Shown here piece after piece: positions 1 through 14,429 of a DNA stretch of 64,000 bases. Made by a program: the position numbers and the translations under genes. Origin of the DNA: Eledone cirrhosa (Eukaryota); contig OZ024742.1 of NCBI GenBank assembly GCA_964016885.1, positions 352,532,001-352,596,000 of the forward strand, read 5' to 3'. The notes below the pieces were generated by a model that was given only the letters and a program-made list of their open reading frames with translations, made no database searches and was not told the DNA's origin. The stretch's first letter is position 1; each line of letters opens with the position of its first letter.

Positions 1-430
1 AACAATGTGTCATTGTGCAGCTTCATACACACTATACATTGTATGTAAATCTGCCCTGGTAACATTCCACCTTCATTATTGAGGGGAGTGACTAATGTAC
101 AATATTTCTGGAAAGAAAGTGACGCCGTTGTGTCATCGATCCTCGTCTCATGATTACACGGAACCTGTAATCAGTCAAAAGGATGGAACAGTTGGCCAGA
201 TAGACATATTTCAGCTAAGTTACTCAGGCAATCTATTTACAATGAGTTTTGAAATCCAATTTATACTTTTCTTTGACATATTGCCAATCGAGGCTACCGA
301 ATTGTGTCTAACCCTAATGTAAGGCTGGTGATTCTCCTCTCTAATTCCGCCAAGTTCTAGATCAGTCTAATCACCGATGGCCACACCAGCAATTGTACTA
401 AGTTGTACTAAATGATCAAGAGCGTCCTGC

Positions 431-500
<70 letters not shown>

Positions 501-504
<4 letters not shown>

Positions 505-540
505 CCGCTACGGCTGAGCGCCAATCGTTTCGACAGCTAT
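501..540 (-). ncRNA. Partial hammerhead (3' half: GAAAC-stem III-GTA), related to the 26828/42313 family
   Basis: Minus strand reads tagctgtc GAAAC gattggcgctcagcc GTA gcggtctg, like tagccgtcGAAACggcttgagctcagccGTC at 42418-42448; abuts (TA)n. Confidence 0.5.
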
Positions 541-569
541 GGACACATACACACACACAGACATATATA

Positions 570-760
570 TAAGTTTAGCCCGGGCTCAATCGGGGGTAAC
601 CACAGTAAGTATGGTACTCAATACAAAGCAGAGTATAAATAGTTGATATAGAAAATGTTATACAGGACTAGAACGGTTTAATTCGTGAGAAATCACCAGG
701 AAGCTTCCTGATGACTTCTCACGAATGAAACACTTCTAGTCCTGTAGAAGCTTTTCTATA
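570..760. mobile_element. Miniature fold-back PLE insertion (family D pseudo-LTR) between TA tracts
   Basis: Imperfect inverted repeat ~646-760 centred on AAGCTT (701-706); arms match the HHR region at 45641-45700 and 51465-51520. Confidence 0.7.
701..753 (+). ncRNA. Type I hammerhead ribozyme
   Basis: aagcttc CTGATGA cttc-tcac-gaat GAAAC ac-ttctagtc-ct GTA gaagctt: 7-bp stem I, intact core, GUA site at 744-746. Confidence 0.75.
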
Positions 761-2446
761 TATTATATATATATACATATATAATACAAATTCAAACAAT
801 ATACAAAATATTCTTTCATATTTCTAGTTGAGAAACAACTGTCATCATATACATACTATATTGATATTCATAAACGTATTCACTCATAGAAAAAAAAATC
901 AAATCAAGATTGTCTACAGTTAACTCATACGGCCGTTTCATGAGTTGCAGAATACAATGTTTATAACTGATATTCCTAATTGGGTTCAATCACCAATCAT
1001 ATATCTTATTAACAAACATTATCATGACCAAGCTCCCTTAATCAACAGTAAGATTCTAGTTGTTTCTCAACTAGATATATGAAAGATAACTTTCTGTATA
1101 TCGTTTCAATTTGTATATATTTATAAGCATTGTTAACCACTTTAGCTGTAGAATATAAAAAAATGAAATCTTTGGTTTCCAGATTCGCTGAAGTTATTTC
1201 GATATCTAAGAGATATATATTTGCAATATTCTAGCTACACATTATCTATCAATGTATTTGTTATGTGTTTCAGAGAGGGATTCTCTCTCACTTTTTAATA
1301 ATGACATAAATGATAAATTACTCTTAGATACACATAGAAACGAATGGGATCGAAGATGCTTGCGTAATTGAAAACAATTGATCGTATTTCGCTGAGGCTG
1401 CCTTGTCTGGCACTAAACAAACATATTAGGAGACGATATATATTCACCTCCCCATGTAATGTTTCTATTCTATATCAGTAATGTCCTGGCATTGGTGGTT
1501 AATACATAGGAGCATAAATCAATAGCCACTGTTTACATTATATTTTATACTTCCAATTAAATAGGTTGCATAACAATGACATTTTAATGGAGCAGATAGT
1601 ACCGGCTTAGAGTATAGTCTAATATATATCTCATGTGTAGTTTGTACTGATATTTCTTCTACACCATTTTCAAGCAAGCAGGTGATGTATTTAAACTATG
1701 CTAGCAGGAAACATGTGGAATTCTTGATCATATAATTAATATTTTCGTGGAGGAAATTTTAGATTCTATTGATTCTGTTTCCTTATAAATATATGTGAAG
1801 GAATACTTTATATTGGGAGACACTTAAGGAGTTCTAGTTATCCTATTCTGTCAAATCGTGTTATTGTTTATGCCCTTATTCTAAGAATATCCAGTTGGTT
1901 TACTCAATGATATTGCACACATAAATATGCAGTTTCCTTTTATCCAGTTTTTTTATATATTAATGCTTATGTCAATCAACACATTTTATAGTTTATGTCT
2001 GTTGTCATTTCGTGTTCTCGTTTGTTTATGTACTGTCACTGTTAGTAAAAAAATATAAATATAAATAATAGACTAATATCCGACACATCTACGTATGCAA
2101 TTTATCTCAAGAAAATTATGTACATCTGCTTTATACAGAGAACATATAGAAGTTGGAATTATTCAGTTATCAAAGAAATAATTAAATTCAGTGAATGACA
2201 AAAAATTAGAAAAGGATATATATATATAGTTAAATCTCGAGAGAAGTATAACTTGCACTTTCTAGACAAACTTGACACAACAGAGGAAATTAGAATTAAT
2301 CAACATTTATATATTACTTTCATTCAATTAATATATTGATATGAGTTTCTCAAACTATCATAGTGATCAATGAAACAAAATAAAACTCCTCAATACTCGT
2401 TCAACGAAATTAGTAACGAAGAGGACACACATACACACACACACAC

Positions 2447-2514
<68 letters not shown>

Positions 2515-2579
2515 AACGAAAAATCAGTGATGCATCTGAACTCATTTTATTGGGTTTGACGGACCGAGGAAACAATGTT

Positions 2580-2729
2580 TTCGTCGGTCTTTCCAGCTGT
2601 TAGTACTATCTATTGGTCGGAACCCCAGGTAGAAGGAGCAACGGAAAATAAAGTGTCTTGATCAAAGACATAACGCTTCACACGGTCCAGGAATCGAACT
2701 CACAACCTCAAGATTGTGAATACAATTCT

Positions 2730-2730
<1 letters not shown>
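2580..2730 (-). mobile_element. tRNA-derived SINE (CORE-like central domain), degenerate
   Basis: B-box GTTCGATTCC on minus strand (ggaatcgaac ~2690); aaataaagtgtcttgatcaa shared with the 10060 copy. Confidence 0.65.
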
Positions 2731-2805
<75 letters not shown>

Positions 2806-5800
2806 GTCCTTTCCACTCAAAAATATAGGATTTATTACAGAAACGTGGCGTCAGGACACAACGTTGGAATAAACAATAAAATATATTGAATCAACAGCCA
2901 CGAAATTTAGTGGAAAAAGTATGTAATATTCATACAATATTTATTCAAAGTAATCCAACTTATTTTACTAATGGGATAAAAAAGTATAAACCGTACGCAG
3001 TCCCGCGCTCCTTAATTTATTATAGTTTAGATTAGTGTTGAATAGAGCAAAAGCTGTAATCGTAACAATTATAAGTCCGGAACAGGCAGACAGTGGACTT
3101 TTAAGATAAAACATGGTGACAACTCAAGCATGATTCAACCGGCAATATCAATGAGAAAGCGCTGAGGAAATTCAGTTACAGGACGCCCGTAAATTATCCC
3201 TCATTGTAGATTACATACTAAGCAATGTAATATTGGAATACAATTTCCCATCTTAGAGAGTAAGCAGCTTTATTGGTGCAACTACAATCTATTTTAAAGA
3301 ATGTTTCTATATTTATGTCTATTCGAGGTATATATAGAAACTTAAAGAAATAAACAAAAAACACTTCACATAGACCATACGTTTTGTGGAATCATAGAGG
3401 TGTCAACGTTAGTGATGTGATTTATATGAGAGTGATGTTTGGTAAGCCTTTTTTCATTGATATCTTCTCGTCACAATGTAGGATTTGATTTAGCTGCCCA
3501 AATGAGGCCGTTAGACCGATTTCTAGTCTCGCAGAAACAGATGTCTAATGCCATAAGCTCTTCGTTTTCAATAAAAATGATTCTATCAATCATATAAATG
3601 TAAAATCTGTAGAAACGGCAAATCCCATGTTTAAGGACATATCTGTTAAAAAACCAACCACATTCTTGCGAAATTCGTCGAAGTGTAGTTAACTTTTCAG
3701 GTAATATTGCCTCGAACCTATGCACATTTGTTTGAATTGAATAGGGCTTTAAATTAATCTGACTATGACAGGGTATATGAATTACGTTAGTAAGAACTTT
3801 GATCAACAGAAGTGACAAATTATATCTAACGTATATTGATCGATTATTCGATGTTAGTTGAAACAGACAAATCCTCCGGCATATGAATTAAATAACGTAA
3901 CATGTGATAGAACGTTACGTGCTGTATTACACGGAACATATTTTGATCAAATAAGGAATATTCTAAGAACACAGTGTAAATCTACTTTGAAGTGAAATCT
4001 AATAAATTGTTCAATTCTTTGCATGTTTAGACTTTCTCTAGTTTCGAATGACATTACTGATTTAGAGTTTTTATTTTTATATTGTGCATATTCGTGCGAA
4101 TTCTTGATATGGTTATGACGAAATGCATTCAGTTAAAATATTTTTTTCGTAAACAATTACTTATTTCTATAACAATATTCACGACTATGTGTATCAGTTA
4201 TAACATACGGAAGTTGTTCTCTAGAGTGGAAAGTCTAGCTCACAATATTAGTTATATAGATATTAAAATACTTCAACGTCAAACAATGTGCTGAAAATAT
4301 TTCAATTTCGTATTTCCCCCCTTCAGTGCTCGAATTAGATCTTAAGTATTGTTATTTATATTTATATCGAACCTTTCTCTATCGGGAAAACGAAATATGT
4401 TAGTGAAAAAATATATACACTGCATGACAATATAAGTAATATTAAGATCTCATAAATGTCATCTACTACTGTTCAACATACCTCATGCTATAGGAAATAA
4501 AATATCTGATGACGTGATTATCAAAACGAATTGACAAGTGATGTAAGAGTAAATCACATGTTTCCATACAATGAATACAGTTCCTTAGAAACAAAATTTA
4601 TTTTGAAACCCCACACGAAATATTTTTCTTTAAACCAATTTACAGTTTTTGTTTTTTTCCTCAGCGAGTTGATATTTCTTGCGTTTTGTTCGGTGTGCAT
4701 ACTCGCTGAAATATTAATGTTAGGCATTGTGTTACAAACAACTTTTTGGGATGAAAATATTTTATTTCTCATTCATATTTCTACGTCTCTTCAGAAATAT
4801 AACTACATATCGTGTATCTGAATGTATTTATTCAAATGTTTTAGTTAATATGAAGGAGAGCCCTGTAGCAATATAAAGAAACTACATGAAGCTACTTACT
4901 AGAAATGACCTGACAAAACTTACAAATACTAAAATGTAAGCTAATATAAATTCATCTGAATTGCAATGTAGGATATGCATGCTAACTAGTTATGTTATAC
5001 GCGATTATTGATATAATACATACAAATATAATTAAGTCCATAATCGATATTTGAATGTTTCTATTCATTTGTATCTGATTTCGAATATGAAGTTAATCTT
5101 TCTCACAGCATATCCGTATATTTTCTATATATAGCATTATTAACAAAAAACCTTTACACTTGCCTTTGCCAACATCAACCTTCCCACCAAAACTAAGTGA
5201 TTCTTCATCCCAATTTAAATTATTGGGAGTATTTAAACGTTATAATTGTAACATTGTTATCGAAGTGGCGTTGTTCTAGTACGTTTCCGACTCATGATAC
5301 ATTTCGATTGATTTGCTTACGGAACATAGTAGTGAATGCAAATGTATAGAAATCACTTTAATCTGCAAGGCAGGCATAGCATAAAGTAAACGATAGTGAA
5401 CGGCCAGCGCCATTATGAGTAAATATTGTTACTAGCATGTTCTGTATAGCAGAAGAGACGACGTCCAACGGTCTTGCTTGTCTCCACGAGCATGGACGTG
5501 AAGTCCTTAAACTGTGAGCAGCCTAATATGCCAATAGTTTAATAGCTGATAATATACGACTCAAATCTCTGAGGAGTACAGCATAGAATTCTATTTTTAA
5601 AGTTACATTGTAAATATATAAGTAGAATCCTGTATGATTCTATACACTAATGCTTCCTGTCAATGTGCTTATGATATACACTCGGATACTGTATTCAACT
5701 ATCCTGTTAATTATCAAGGGCAGATTTAGCTTTTATTCTTTCGACATTAATTTCCTATTAGGTGTTTTCTAAAGAGAACATTAATGTATTGTTTTCAGAA

Positions 5801-6532
5801 TAATCAATTTATATTCTTTTCAATGTGTTTACTCATCAAGGTGTTTCACTCCACACCTATCCAAAATTCTTGAACTATCATATGTTTAAATTATAAAATG
5901 CCTGTAACTAATGTCGAAAGTTAAAGTTAGAAGATTACATACACCATTTTATATAGTTCTCCTATATTCGGTCGAGACATAAAATGTTTCCCCGATGATT
6001 GTAACCGATGTCGATAGATTTTCAAGAAAATAATAAGAACGTCCGCAACCTGGCTGAATCTCTTCATCTTTTCTACGGTTATATACGTATATATAACATG
6101 TTTATAAATTTACATACACCCTTTTATTCAGATACGTTCTACTTAGTGTATGTACCAACATATAGATATCACTGATAGGGCACCTTGCAAGTCGTTAGAG
6201 TGAAATCAAATGATCAAACTTTCACCACATCTGTGGAAGAGAACATTTTTTTTTAGCGAAGACATTAAGAATATGCAGCGATTTGAATGTTAACTCTGGT
6301 CAACGCATTAAATATTATAAGTTCTATCTATTCTGTTGTCTTTTTTAACATTGGGTTGTTTGCTGTGTGCAGTGATATCACTTGCAAATATATTGCAATT
6401 TGCTGCATAGAGAGGTATAGACAATTATTGTTTATCTTTACGTTAGCTAAGCATTAGGGTTAGGCTATTGAACGATGGAAACATTTTAAACCAAACTTTG
6501 ATTTCTCTTAAATATTCATACAATAATGCTTT

Positions 6533-6730
6533 TTTCTAAACGAACAAGTCCAGCATTGTTGGGAGGGCAAAGTCAAGCAAATTAGCCCAAGGCATTACAT
6601 GTGCTTTATTTTATCGACGCCTTAAGGATAAAAGGCAAAGCTGGATTTGAAATCAGAGTATAAAGGACCGTAACTCTATGCCACAAAGCATGGTTCCCCA
6701 CACTCTACCTGTACTGGCAATCAACCGCAC
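6533..6730 (-). mobile_element. Octopus-type tRNA SINE
   Basis: tttattttatcgac..aaggat.aaaggcaaag..atttgaa.tcag..gtaactctatg shared with copies at 10552, 11128, 41080. Confidence 0.75.
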
Positions 6731-6792
6731 TACATATAATAATATAATAAATAGAATAGCTGAAACTTTAATGGCAATATATAAATACACAA

Positions 6793-6998
6793 GAGTTGTG
6801 GATTGACAAAATTGGTAGAGCATTGGATACAATGCCATAGCGTTATTTCTTCTGAATTCAATTCACGCCGAATTCAAATATTATTCCATCATTTTGTGGT
6901 ATATAAAATAATGTACTAGACAAGAACTCTGATTGGTTTAATTAATCATCTTTACCATTCCCTCAAATTAACTGGCCTTCTGCCCAATTTAGAAATTA
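6793..6998 (+). mobile_element. Degenerate copy of the same SINE, opposite orientation
   Basis: gtggattgacaaaattggtagagc head and actggccttctgcccaatttagaaa tail. Confidence 0.5.
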
Positions 6999-9274
6999 CT
7001 ATGAATATACACACAATAATATTTGGAACGTATCTCATTCACATCACATAATATCTTATTACCAAATTGCGAAGACACGATGTTTAAAAAGAATGTGTCT
7101 CGATTGCCAATATCCCACCAATTTACATATCTATGATGATATTGTAAGGTATAGAAATCACATAAATATCTTCTAAAACATGCCTAAAATTTCGCAACAT
7201 CGAAACGCGAATGATTTATGTCGAAACCTTAATTATAACGAATGTTTTATATTCCACAATTTTAACATCTTTTTCTCCTAACTATAAAGAGAGTAGTACT
7301 GTTCAGTGGATTACTTTAAACTATCAGTTAGAGTATTCAACGTCGTATGAATGCATAGGCTTATAAACAAATCTATAACAACACGATGTTAAAGAACATT
7401 ATAAATATTACTAGAATTTTGCATGATGAAATTACTGACGCTAATGAACAACACAATTAGTTAGCTGCTATCAATTAACTACCATTACATGCGTCTAACA
7501 AGCCTGAACTCACCTTATGCAATAACGAAAATTATATCACATATTGAATTAACTGATACTTTTTCTTTAAGAGATTGTGTATCTCAGATCTTAGAATTTT
7601 CATATCACCATTAATAGTTCTTATCAATTTTATCACATGCCATCATTCTCCTGATTACCATTATCATAATTCTAATCATATTCCTGATTTTAATCAAGGA
7701 TTTTACAATGATTATCGTAATAACAGCTATCTTCATCATTAGCAACAAGAACATAATTATCATCAACACGAGAACCAATTTTCACATCGTTTTCATCAAC
7801 AGTAGCATCAGCAACAACGGAAATACATCTTTACTTTATCAATTAATCTTTGTAATTGTCTCATCAAACGATCCATGCTTCTCTCCCCATCAGCTAACAT
7901 TTGCTCCTATCCAACTATAATATCAACTATCTCTTTTCTGAATGTCAATTGAACCTCTATCTGTTACACGTTTAAGTAATTATGATATTTATATTTCCGG
8001 TGAGACCACCTAATCATCATCTACATATTCATCGCCACTGTCATCTTCATCCACTGTCAATTTTCCCCTTTATTTCCATCCCAATTTTCACCCTCATCCT
8101 CATTATCACAATCATTATCATGATCACATTCTTTTTCAATCTGCTCACTCTCATCATGAAAAAATAAAGGCACAAGGACAGCAATTATTTGCGAGGTGAA
8201 AATGGATTAAATCGACTCAATTCGTTGGCTGTTAGTTTGTTTTATCAAGTCTCCGATTACGAGAATCAACCATTCTCAGAGGTTTCATTAACACCATAAT
8301 TAATATCAGCTTCATCCAGTTATGATGATTGCCAAAGTATCTGTCATTCTAGCGACCGTCAACATTATTACATTCAAATAAAAATTATCGGCATCATATT
8401 CATTTTAGTTTTTATAATATATTCTCGTGAAATCATAATTCTGCACTTCGAAACCATGAATTTACTAAATATATTTAGATTAGTTATACCTTGTCTAGGT
8501 TTTTAGGAATAAATCTGTAGACATTGTGTTTGGACACATTACTAAATATTTCAAATACGACATTTTTTCTGGTTGACTGTTTTAAGCATATTCTGTCATT
8601 TGTAGAACCTATTCTTCGCGTGAACGAAGAAAATCAATCTGAAATTGCAGACGAATATCACAAGTAATGGCACGTGTACTATAAATACATATTTAATACA
8701 GAACATAATATATATATAATATTAACCAAAGTCTATATACGGGTATCTATATACGTGTATCTGCCTGCAGCAAAGACTCCTGGCTGACATAAAAGGAAAA
8801 TATATGCTTTCAAACTTAGCTTTTAATATATGAATCTCTCTATATTCTCTGCGTCTATCTCCATAGATAGACATCATATTCCGTCATATATCCAGCAGCA
8901 GATTTAATGGGGGATAAATGGAGATATTGCATCTTTCTGAAAGTTTTGTCATTCAAATATAACATACATACGCCCACACAAACACACACGAACACAAGAA
9001 CACAAATGCAAGCAGATATACACACGCATTCATATCCACACATCCGCTACGCACACTGCTTCACATGAACATATTTTTTTTTTTCGAGAAAACAATAAAT
9101 GATTAATCAGGAATTTAATTGTCTGTCAACTGAAATAAAATCTTCGGGATTCTTTTTCATTAAAAAAATACAATTTAATGTGCTATAGACAAATATAGCA
9201 CCTGGTTTAGAGTACAGATATGGTCAACATTAGGCTGTTTCCTGGCCATCAGCACACATGTAAATATTTCACAT

Positions 9275-9640
9275 TTCTTCTTCTTCTTCTTCTTCTTCTT
9301 CTTCTTCTTCTTCTTCTTCTTCTTCTTCTTCTTCTTCTTCTTCTTCTTCTTCTTCTTTGCCTACATATTCCTGAGAGTTTCGTGGCGAAAAATACCTTAC
9401 ACATTCCATCCAGGGGGTCCAGTCAGAAACAACCGCCCCCAAATGATCCCTCTGGATCCCCAAACCTAACCAGCCAAACACATGGATGTTATCCAAGCAT
9501 CCCGCTCGGGGCCTACCCTTGGCTCTCCTGTTGGTTGCTTTTCTCTGTAAAATTTGTCCAGCGACACTTTTCTGCGACATTTCAACCACATGACTTGAGT
9601 ATCGGAGCTGTGATATCTCAAAACAATGAAGTAGCGTACT
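9275..9640 (-). mobile_element. RTE-clade LINE 3' end with (GAA)n tail
   Basis: Translation QLRYSSHVVEM..RRAKGRPRAGCLDNI..W resembles the RTE C-terminus (LRWFGHV.RM..RGRPR..W.D); followed by (GAA)n at 9275-9356. Confidence 0.7.
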
Positions 9641-9914
9641 AACCTGGAGTGACTCACTGATCTCTGAGCTACGCCTTGTATAGAGTAACGTTACACCACA
9701 CACATCAGACCACACGTAGGAATCCAATTTTGCCTTTCACACATATTTTAAAAGAGGATATCTTGCAATCTATTTAAAATATGATTGCATTTGACATAGA
9801 CAGAAACAGAACACACACATACACATATTATTTGGTTGCCATTGCTGTTGCTCCTATGGAGAGATTGTGTCAATGCTTAGAAACAGAAGTTATGTTCCTA
9901 TGATATAAATTGTT

Positions 9915-10170
9915 GTTGTTGTTGTTACAGGTCACACCTATTCAGGTTTAGCTGGCCTCCTCCTAGGTATATCTGGTTGGAGGTGTCTTGGGTGATTTAA
10001 TTATAGGGACCCCAGTCCAATCATCTCATTTCTACGGCTGAGTAAACTGGAGCAACGTGAAATAAAGTGCCTTGCTCAAGGAAACAACACATCACCCAGG
10101 CCGAGAATTAAACTCACAATCTTTCGATTGCAAACCCAATGATCTAACCATTAAGCCATGCGTCTTCGCC
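9915..10170 (-). mobile_element. tRNA-derived SINE (CORE-like)
   Basis: Minus: gcatggcttaatggttag (A-box)..gtttaattctc..ccttgagcaaggcactttatttcacgttgctccag..; (aac)n tail. Confidence 0.7.
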
Positions 10171-10551
10171 TATGATATAAAAGTATGTTATCATCAATTT
10201 TAGGTAAATGAAGGAGTGGAACTACTTCAACAAAGAATGAGAGAAGGAGCACCAAATACGGTATTATTTGACAATCACCATGCAATACTTATCATACGTA
10301 TGTTACACAAGAATAACACATATGCCATATGTCTCCCAGACAATACACTGACTAGATTTGGTCATCAAACATGTCTGTTTCTTCCAACATGATTCAGTAC
10401 TATAGGCTTGCTGACGTCAATTGTAGCTGTTTAGGGTTGCTGGCGTCAATTGTAGCTGTTAAGATGTAAAGTTTGCCTGCAGTAAGTAGGCCAAATCCTA
10501 TATAATATAAGAGCGATTTGCTCCCCATGTATGAAACTGCATCGTCTATAA

Positions 10552-10742
10552 ATTGTTTCTAATTTTTGGCACAAGGCCAGCAATTATCCCAGTGCATTAC
10601 TGGTACTTTATTTTATCGACCCTATAAGGATGAAGGGCAAAGTTAACCTCGGCGTGATTTGAACTCAGAATGGCAAGGGCCGTTACTCTATGCTACAAAG
10701 CACAGCGTCCGACCCTCTACTGATACTGCCAATCCATCGTCT
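10552..10742 (-). mobile_element. Octopus-type tRNA SINE
   Basis: ttgtttctaatttttggcacaaggccagcaa..ggtactttattttatcgac..aaggatgaagggcaaagttaacctcggcgtgatttgaactcag. Confidence 0.85.
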
Positions 10743-11127
10743 ATAATATTGTTGAGATAATACCCTATGCACCAACGCTGACGAATAATGGCCCCATTAA
10801 GAATTATATCTACGCCAACCTCCGGCAATCTACGTATATGCCATTAGATCTATTACATTAGATCGAACCTGGTATAGCTTCCATAGATATATTTTCACGT
10901 GAAATATTCTGGAATAAACTGAAGCGACTGGCAGCAACGAATTTCGTGTTTGTGTAATTTAAGAATGCTTTTATGATGTCAACTGAACTATTTATATTAC
11001 CACTCGATGTGGTCATTCTCTTTTCAACTGTAAAATAATTTATCACTTCATCACAAAAATGGGTACCGAATTCGAAATACGTATTATATGTTCATAGAGA
11101 TTAATGAAAAGCCACCCTCAATGATAA

Positions 11128-11298
11128 TAGTTTCTGATTTAGGCACTAGGTCAACACTTTTGCTATAAGGGAAACTTGATTATATCTACCCCGGTGCATT
11201 GCTGGTACATTATTTTATCGACCACATAAGGATGAAAGGCAGAGCTTTACCTCAGCATGTAAAGGGCCGCTCTGCCGATTGTTCCAATGAATTGCCTA
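11128..11298 (-). mobile_element. Octopus-type tRNA SINE, internally deleted
   Basis: ggtacattattttatcgaccacataaggatgaaaggcagag. Confidence 0.7.
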
Positions 11299-12740
11299 TT
11301 CACCAGTTATTGAAATACATAAAACGGACCATTGATGTAGTCAAATATGTGTAAAAAATAGCTCTATTGAGCATAGCCAAGATTCTATGTCATATGTATT
11401 TAATATTTATCTACTCTAGTGTCTCCTTTATTATCTCGTTAAATAAATGTCACACTTTCATATTTAGGAATTCTATAGTTGTACAAATGTACAAAGACAT
11501 CTATAAGTTCATATCTATATAGAACAGCGTTCTTCGCTACTTAGTCACGACCGAGATATAATAATCCTGAATTGAGTATCTCTAAATTGCAATGGCATAT
11601 TTATATTTACATACGTTGCACTTTATGAATGTGAGGAGCGACCTTGGGAATATCGTCTGCATTAGATCTGATTTCCCAAGGTATATAACCAATTTTCTAT
11701 TCCGATGTGAGGAATATTAGCTCTTATTATCCAATACACTGTTTGATAAACGAAAACCTGATGCATATATATAGAAATAGCAAATAATATAAAATGTATA
11801 CATCAATTTTAATCGAGAGCAAACTGCTAAAGTAAAACAATATAGGAATGCAGATTTTTTAAAGTAATTATCAGTTACTTTTTGTCTACAAATCCATGCG
11901 TCGATAAATATAATTCAGTATTTAATGAATTGTAGAGTGAACTGATAATTTAATTAGAATTTTGCAAGATACTTGCCAACTGACGAGGAATACACGATTC
12001 CAATACTGAAATCGTTTTCATGACAATTACTCTGCCGCTATTATTATTCTGATTATAACAATCAGCAAAACAGATAATAGTCTGCAATATTGAAATTTTT
12101 ATTTGTTTTTAAAACTACATTATCCGCATGAAATAAAATTAACAATCGTCCACTGGTATATATCTTTAGGCGGGCTATGAAATAATTGCTTATTTCCATT
12201 TTTCATGAGGTCGCTTCCGTATGCACCAATATCCAAGATTTCCACTTGTATAAGAATCCGAAATGATACGTTATGTATAGTTAGATTTATCTAGTTTCCC
12301 GCTCTCTCTATTTGCTGAGTTTACATTACAAGAATATATTATCAATATCTCAGTGTGTAATCAGTAAATTACAACCTATGTATTTGGACCAGGTTGGTGA
12401 AAAAGAGGTATACTCTTAATTTAAGATAGCTTTGTGGATTAACGTAAGGAAGCTAGCAATAAGTGTCGCAAATTAAATTATGCGTGCGAGTTCGGTCTAT
12501 GAACTGCGAGGTATACACTTTTAATCTTATTCAAACTAACACGTACAAATTGCATGAATGTTTAGTCACCGTGAAAGATGAAGAATTGTCTACTGCCAGA
12601 CATCTTTAGATTACTTGTAATATAAGTTTTCCTTACATTTGAAACAGGAAACTAATATATTGAAAAGTGACCGAAGAATAGAAATTGTAATGTAGAATCT
12701 ATATCTGTATTTCTATGTAACATAAATTTGAATAAAACTA

Positions 12741-13463
12741 CAGGTTGCCACGGTATCTGAGGACACATGTATTTTTAGTCATAATTTTATTTGACTAATT
12801 GTTATTGAACTACCATTTCAGAAAATAACAATGAAAATAACTATGCTTACTAATGAAATGAAAAGGCATGCAGTGATTTTGGCTTTGAAGGCTAAGCATG
12901 GTGATTTAGAAATTTCTCGTTTTCTGAAATTTGCAAGATCTTTTGTCCACAAGATTCGATGTGATTTAGAGAAAGAAGATGGAAGCGTATTACCTATATC
13001 AACAAGTAAAACAAATTCCAAACGCTCTGATTTTATCAGGACACCTGAATTTATTCAGGAAGTTAAGCAAAACATTGATGACAATCCAGGAAATTTAATG
13101 AGGTCAATTCCAAAACATTTGGTGTGCCGCCAGAAAAAACAATCAGAAATGTTGTGCATGAATACATCAGATACAAATGTTACGTGATGAGGAGAGGTCA
13201 ACTCATGTCAGAAAAAAAAACAGAAGAAAAGCGTTTAATCAGATCCAAAAGACATTTAAACAAACTTAAAAATCCATCGAAAGATGGTGTAATTTGTTTG
13301 TTTTTTTTCAGATGAGAAAAACTTTGACCAGGACTACAAAACTAACAGAAGAAATGACAGGTGGCTATGTGCAGGCCCTTCTGAAGTTCCAGGAGTAATG
13401 CACACCAAATTTCCCGCAAGTGTAATGGTTTTGGGTGTTGTTAGCAATGAAGGACATGTACTG
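12741..13463 (+). pseudogene. Tc1/mariner superfamily (maT/DD37D-like) transposase, frameshifted and 3'-truncated
   Basis: TA|CAGG left end; ORF pieces give HTH region, RTPEFI..DDNP..MR, then FSDEKNF..NRRNDRW..HTKFPASVMVLGVVSNEG. Confidence 0.85.
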
Positions 13464-14429
13464 CAGGGGGGGGGGATAAATAAGGAAGGGGGGATAAAGA
13501 AGGAAGAGGAGAGGAAGGAGAGAAGGAGAAAAGAAAACTACAATGTAAGAACATCTTAAAGTTTATCCAAGCCAAATGTATTTATTAACATTTCTATCTG
13601 CAGGTTCTTAACAAGCTTCGCGGCGCTTTAGTATGGTATTCAATTCTCATATCGTTTTTGATTGATATGGTGCATATAATGCAGCTATTCATATGTTTTA
13701 AAAATTAGATTACGATTGCTGATGTATATTGTACGACAGAATTAGCTGAAAAATATTTTGAATGAACAAATAAAAGAGATATAGTAACCTATACATAATA
13801 TAAAAGAGAGATGTTTGTTGGTTGGTTCCTTCACGTATCACACGAAAAAAAACGTAAAGTGACAATCGGAAAGTATGTCAGGATTGGGATAAGAGTATAT
13901 CCAGGAAAGTTTATTGATACTAATTTTATAACACCAAAGAAGAAGAAATACATACCACATATGCTAACCGACCTGACTGTTATTTCTAGCAGGCTGGGAA
14001 TCAACCATAAAGGATTCTCACTGCGAGCTCGTTGTCAGAGATGATCGTGTTTCGCGGCCTGTCTCCGATTCCAATGGGGGATTATACACAAACACACACG
14101 CGCACACGCACACGCACGAACACACGCACAAGCACACACACATATATATATACACACACATACACATGTATATATACACCCATACACACACGAACACACA
14201 CACACATACACACAGACACAACACACACACAATACACACATCCCTGTAAACAAGACAATGCATTCAATACACACGTTTTCTCTTCTGCCGGTTTTCTCTT
14301 ATCATTTAACCTTGGAGAAGCTGGGTAACTGAGCTAGTATATATATATTTGTTAGTGTTTTCGTTCTGTAACCATTATATTAAATGAGTTTTAAAAAAAT
14401 AGTTAATAAATAAATAAAACATACGTGTT

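Noticed and set aside
1-165. Possible minus-strand exon after ctgattacag (VPCNHETRIDD..)
   Set aside because: Short open frame, no recognisable homology, runs off the window; needs RNA-seq
2940-3030. ~90-bp match to 15372-15456
   Set aside because: Probably the end of a common interspersed repeat; too short to classify
10870-11030. Possible minus-strand exon (ttttacag acceptor; EKRMTTSSG..EAIPG)
   Set aside because: Weak donor (GTTCGA), no recognisable domain, no partner exons
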